A DNA stretch of 64,000 nt from Euprymna scolopes (lineage: Eukaryota), in the NCBI GenBank assembly GCA_053919585.1, contig CM132795.1. One strand, given 5' to 3'. Position numbers and translations under genes: made by a program. Positions 63,222 through 64,000 of this stretch are shown here, piece after piece. How positions within the stretch are numbered: position 1 is the stretch's first letter; each line of letters begins with the position of its first letter. The notes beneath the pieces are model-generated. The model was not told the DNA's origin. It did not search any database and saw only the letters and a list, made by a program, of their open reading frames with translations.

Positions 63222-64000
63222 TTCTGATCGAAATGTGTTCAATTTAAATATTAATACGCATTTATAATTTACCTTGTGCCTTCGATTATAGTTTATTTCA
63301 CTTATAAATTTCTTAAATTTTAAATGAAAATAGTCATTCTATGAATCTTATTTACCTACATAATTCTAAATACGTAAACCTGTAAATATTTAAAGGAAAA
63401 TAATTATCTATAAGCAGCAAGTATTCAATAATTGAATTTTAATTTATAGAGTATCTTCCTCATATTACGGGATTTTGTACAATTATGTGATGTCTAGTTC
63501 AGTTTAACATCTATATTCTAGTCAGAAATAATTTGTCTGAAAAAGCGTATGCATTCGAAGATACCTAATAAAACGGTGTGCTCAAGATAAATAGCAGTTG
63601 TTGACTTCATATTGTGTGAGTACGGGTTAAGAGGATTATTGAATATTTTTTAATGAAATTTTTTATAGTTTATTATCTGGTTAAAATTACATATTTTTCA
63701 TACCAATGTTAGATGTGTAAATATTGATGGGAGACACTTTTATACTAAACGATTGGTATTACATGTATCGGTTGGATATTGTTTGATATAAAAATATTTA
63801 TTCTAAAATTCTATATGCAAGATAACATCTTTATATAATATTGTTTCATGTTCATTTGCGTGGGCCAACTCTATTATATTGTATAAATTAAATTCTATAT
63901 ATTTAACTTTAATATTTTCTAAAATTATTAACAGTATGATGCGGGGTTTAAGCTATACGCCGGTAACTTTATCCTAAATATTATATTTAAGGTTTCCGAA

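Noticed and set aside
1-64000. Species assignment and a spliced host gene spanning the window
   Set aside because: The repeat landscape suggests an invertebrate but does not identify it; isolated AG/GT splice-like sites gave no coherent coding exon chain, though small exons cannot be excluded.

Overview
AT-rich eukaryotic (metazoan, probably invertebrate) genomic DNA with four N-gaps and dense (TA)n/(CA)n/(TAA)n microsatellites. Most of the window is decayed transposable elements: CR1-like, RTE-like and R4/Dong-like non-LTR fragments, 5S-derived and tRNA-derived SINEs, Tc1/mariner remnants, non-autonomous Helitron-like repeats and Penelope-like terminal motifs. I recognise no conventional multi-exon gene. 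The main result is a dispersed cluster of five divergent, apparently intronless small ORFs (70-86 codons) over about 43 kb: 15705 (one in-frame stop), 21435, 41601, 50717 (minus strand) and 58727. They encode single-pass membrane microproteins with no signal peptide, a Ser/Thr/Pro-rich N-terminus (N-glycosylation sequons in four), a TM helix in a shared G-[VL]-x10-[RW]-[YFC]-C register, and a short tail. Each has a TATA-like box 64-85 nt upstream of the ATG, and four have an ATTGG-like box 26-28 nt further upstream. I cannot name this family; its novelty and function are untested. All alignments were done by eye and repeat boundaries are approximate.
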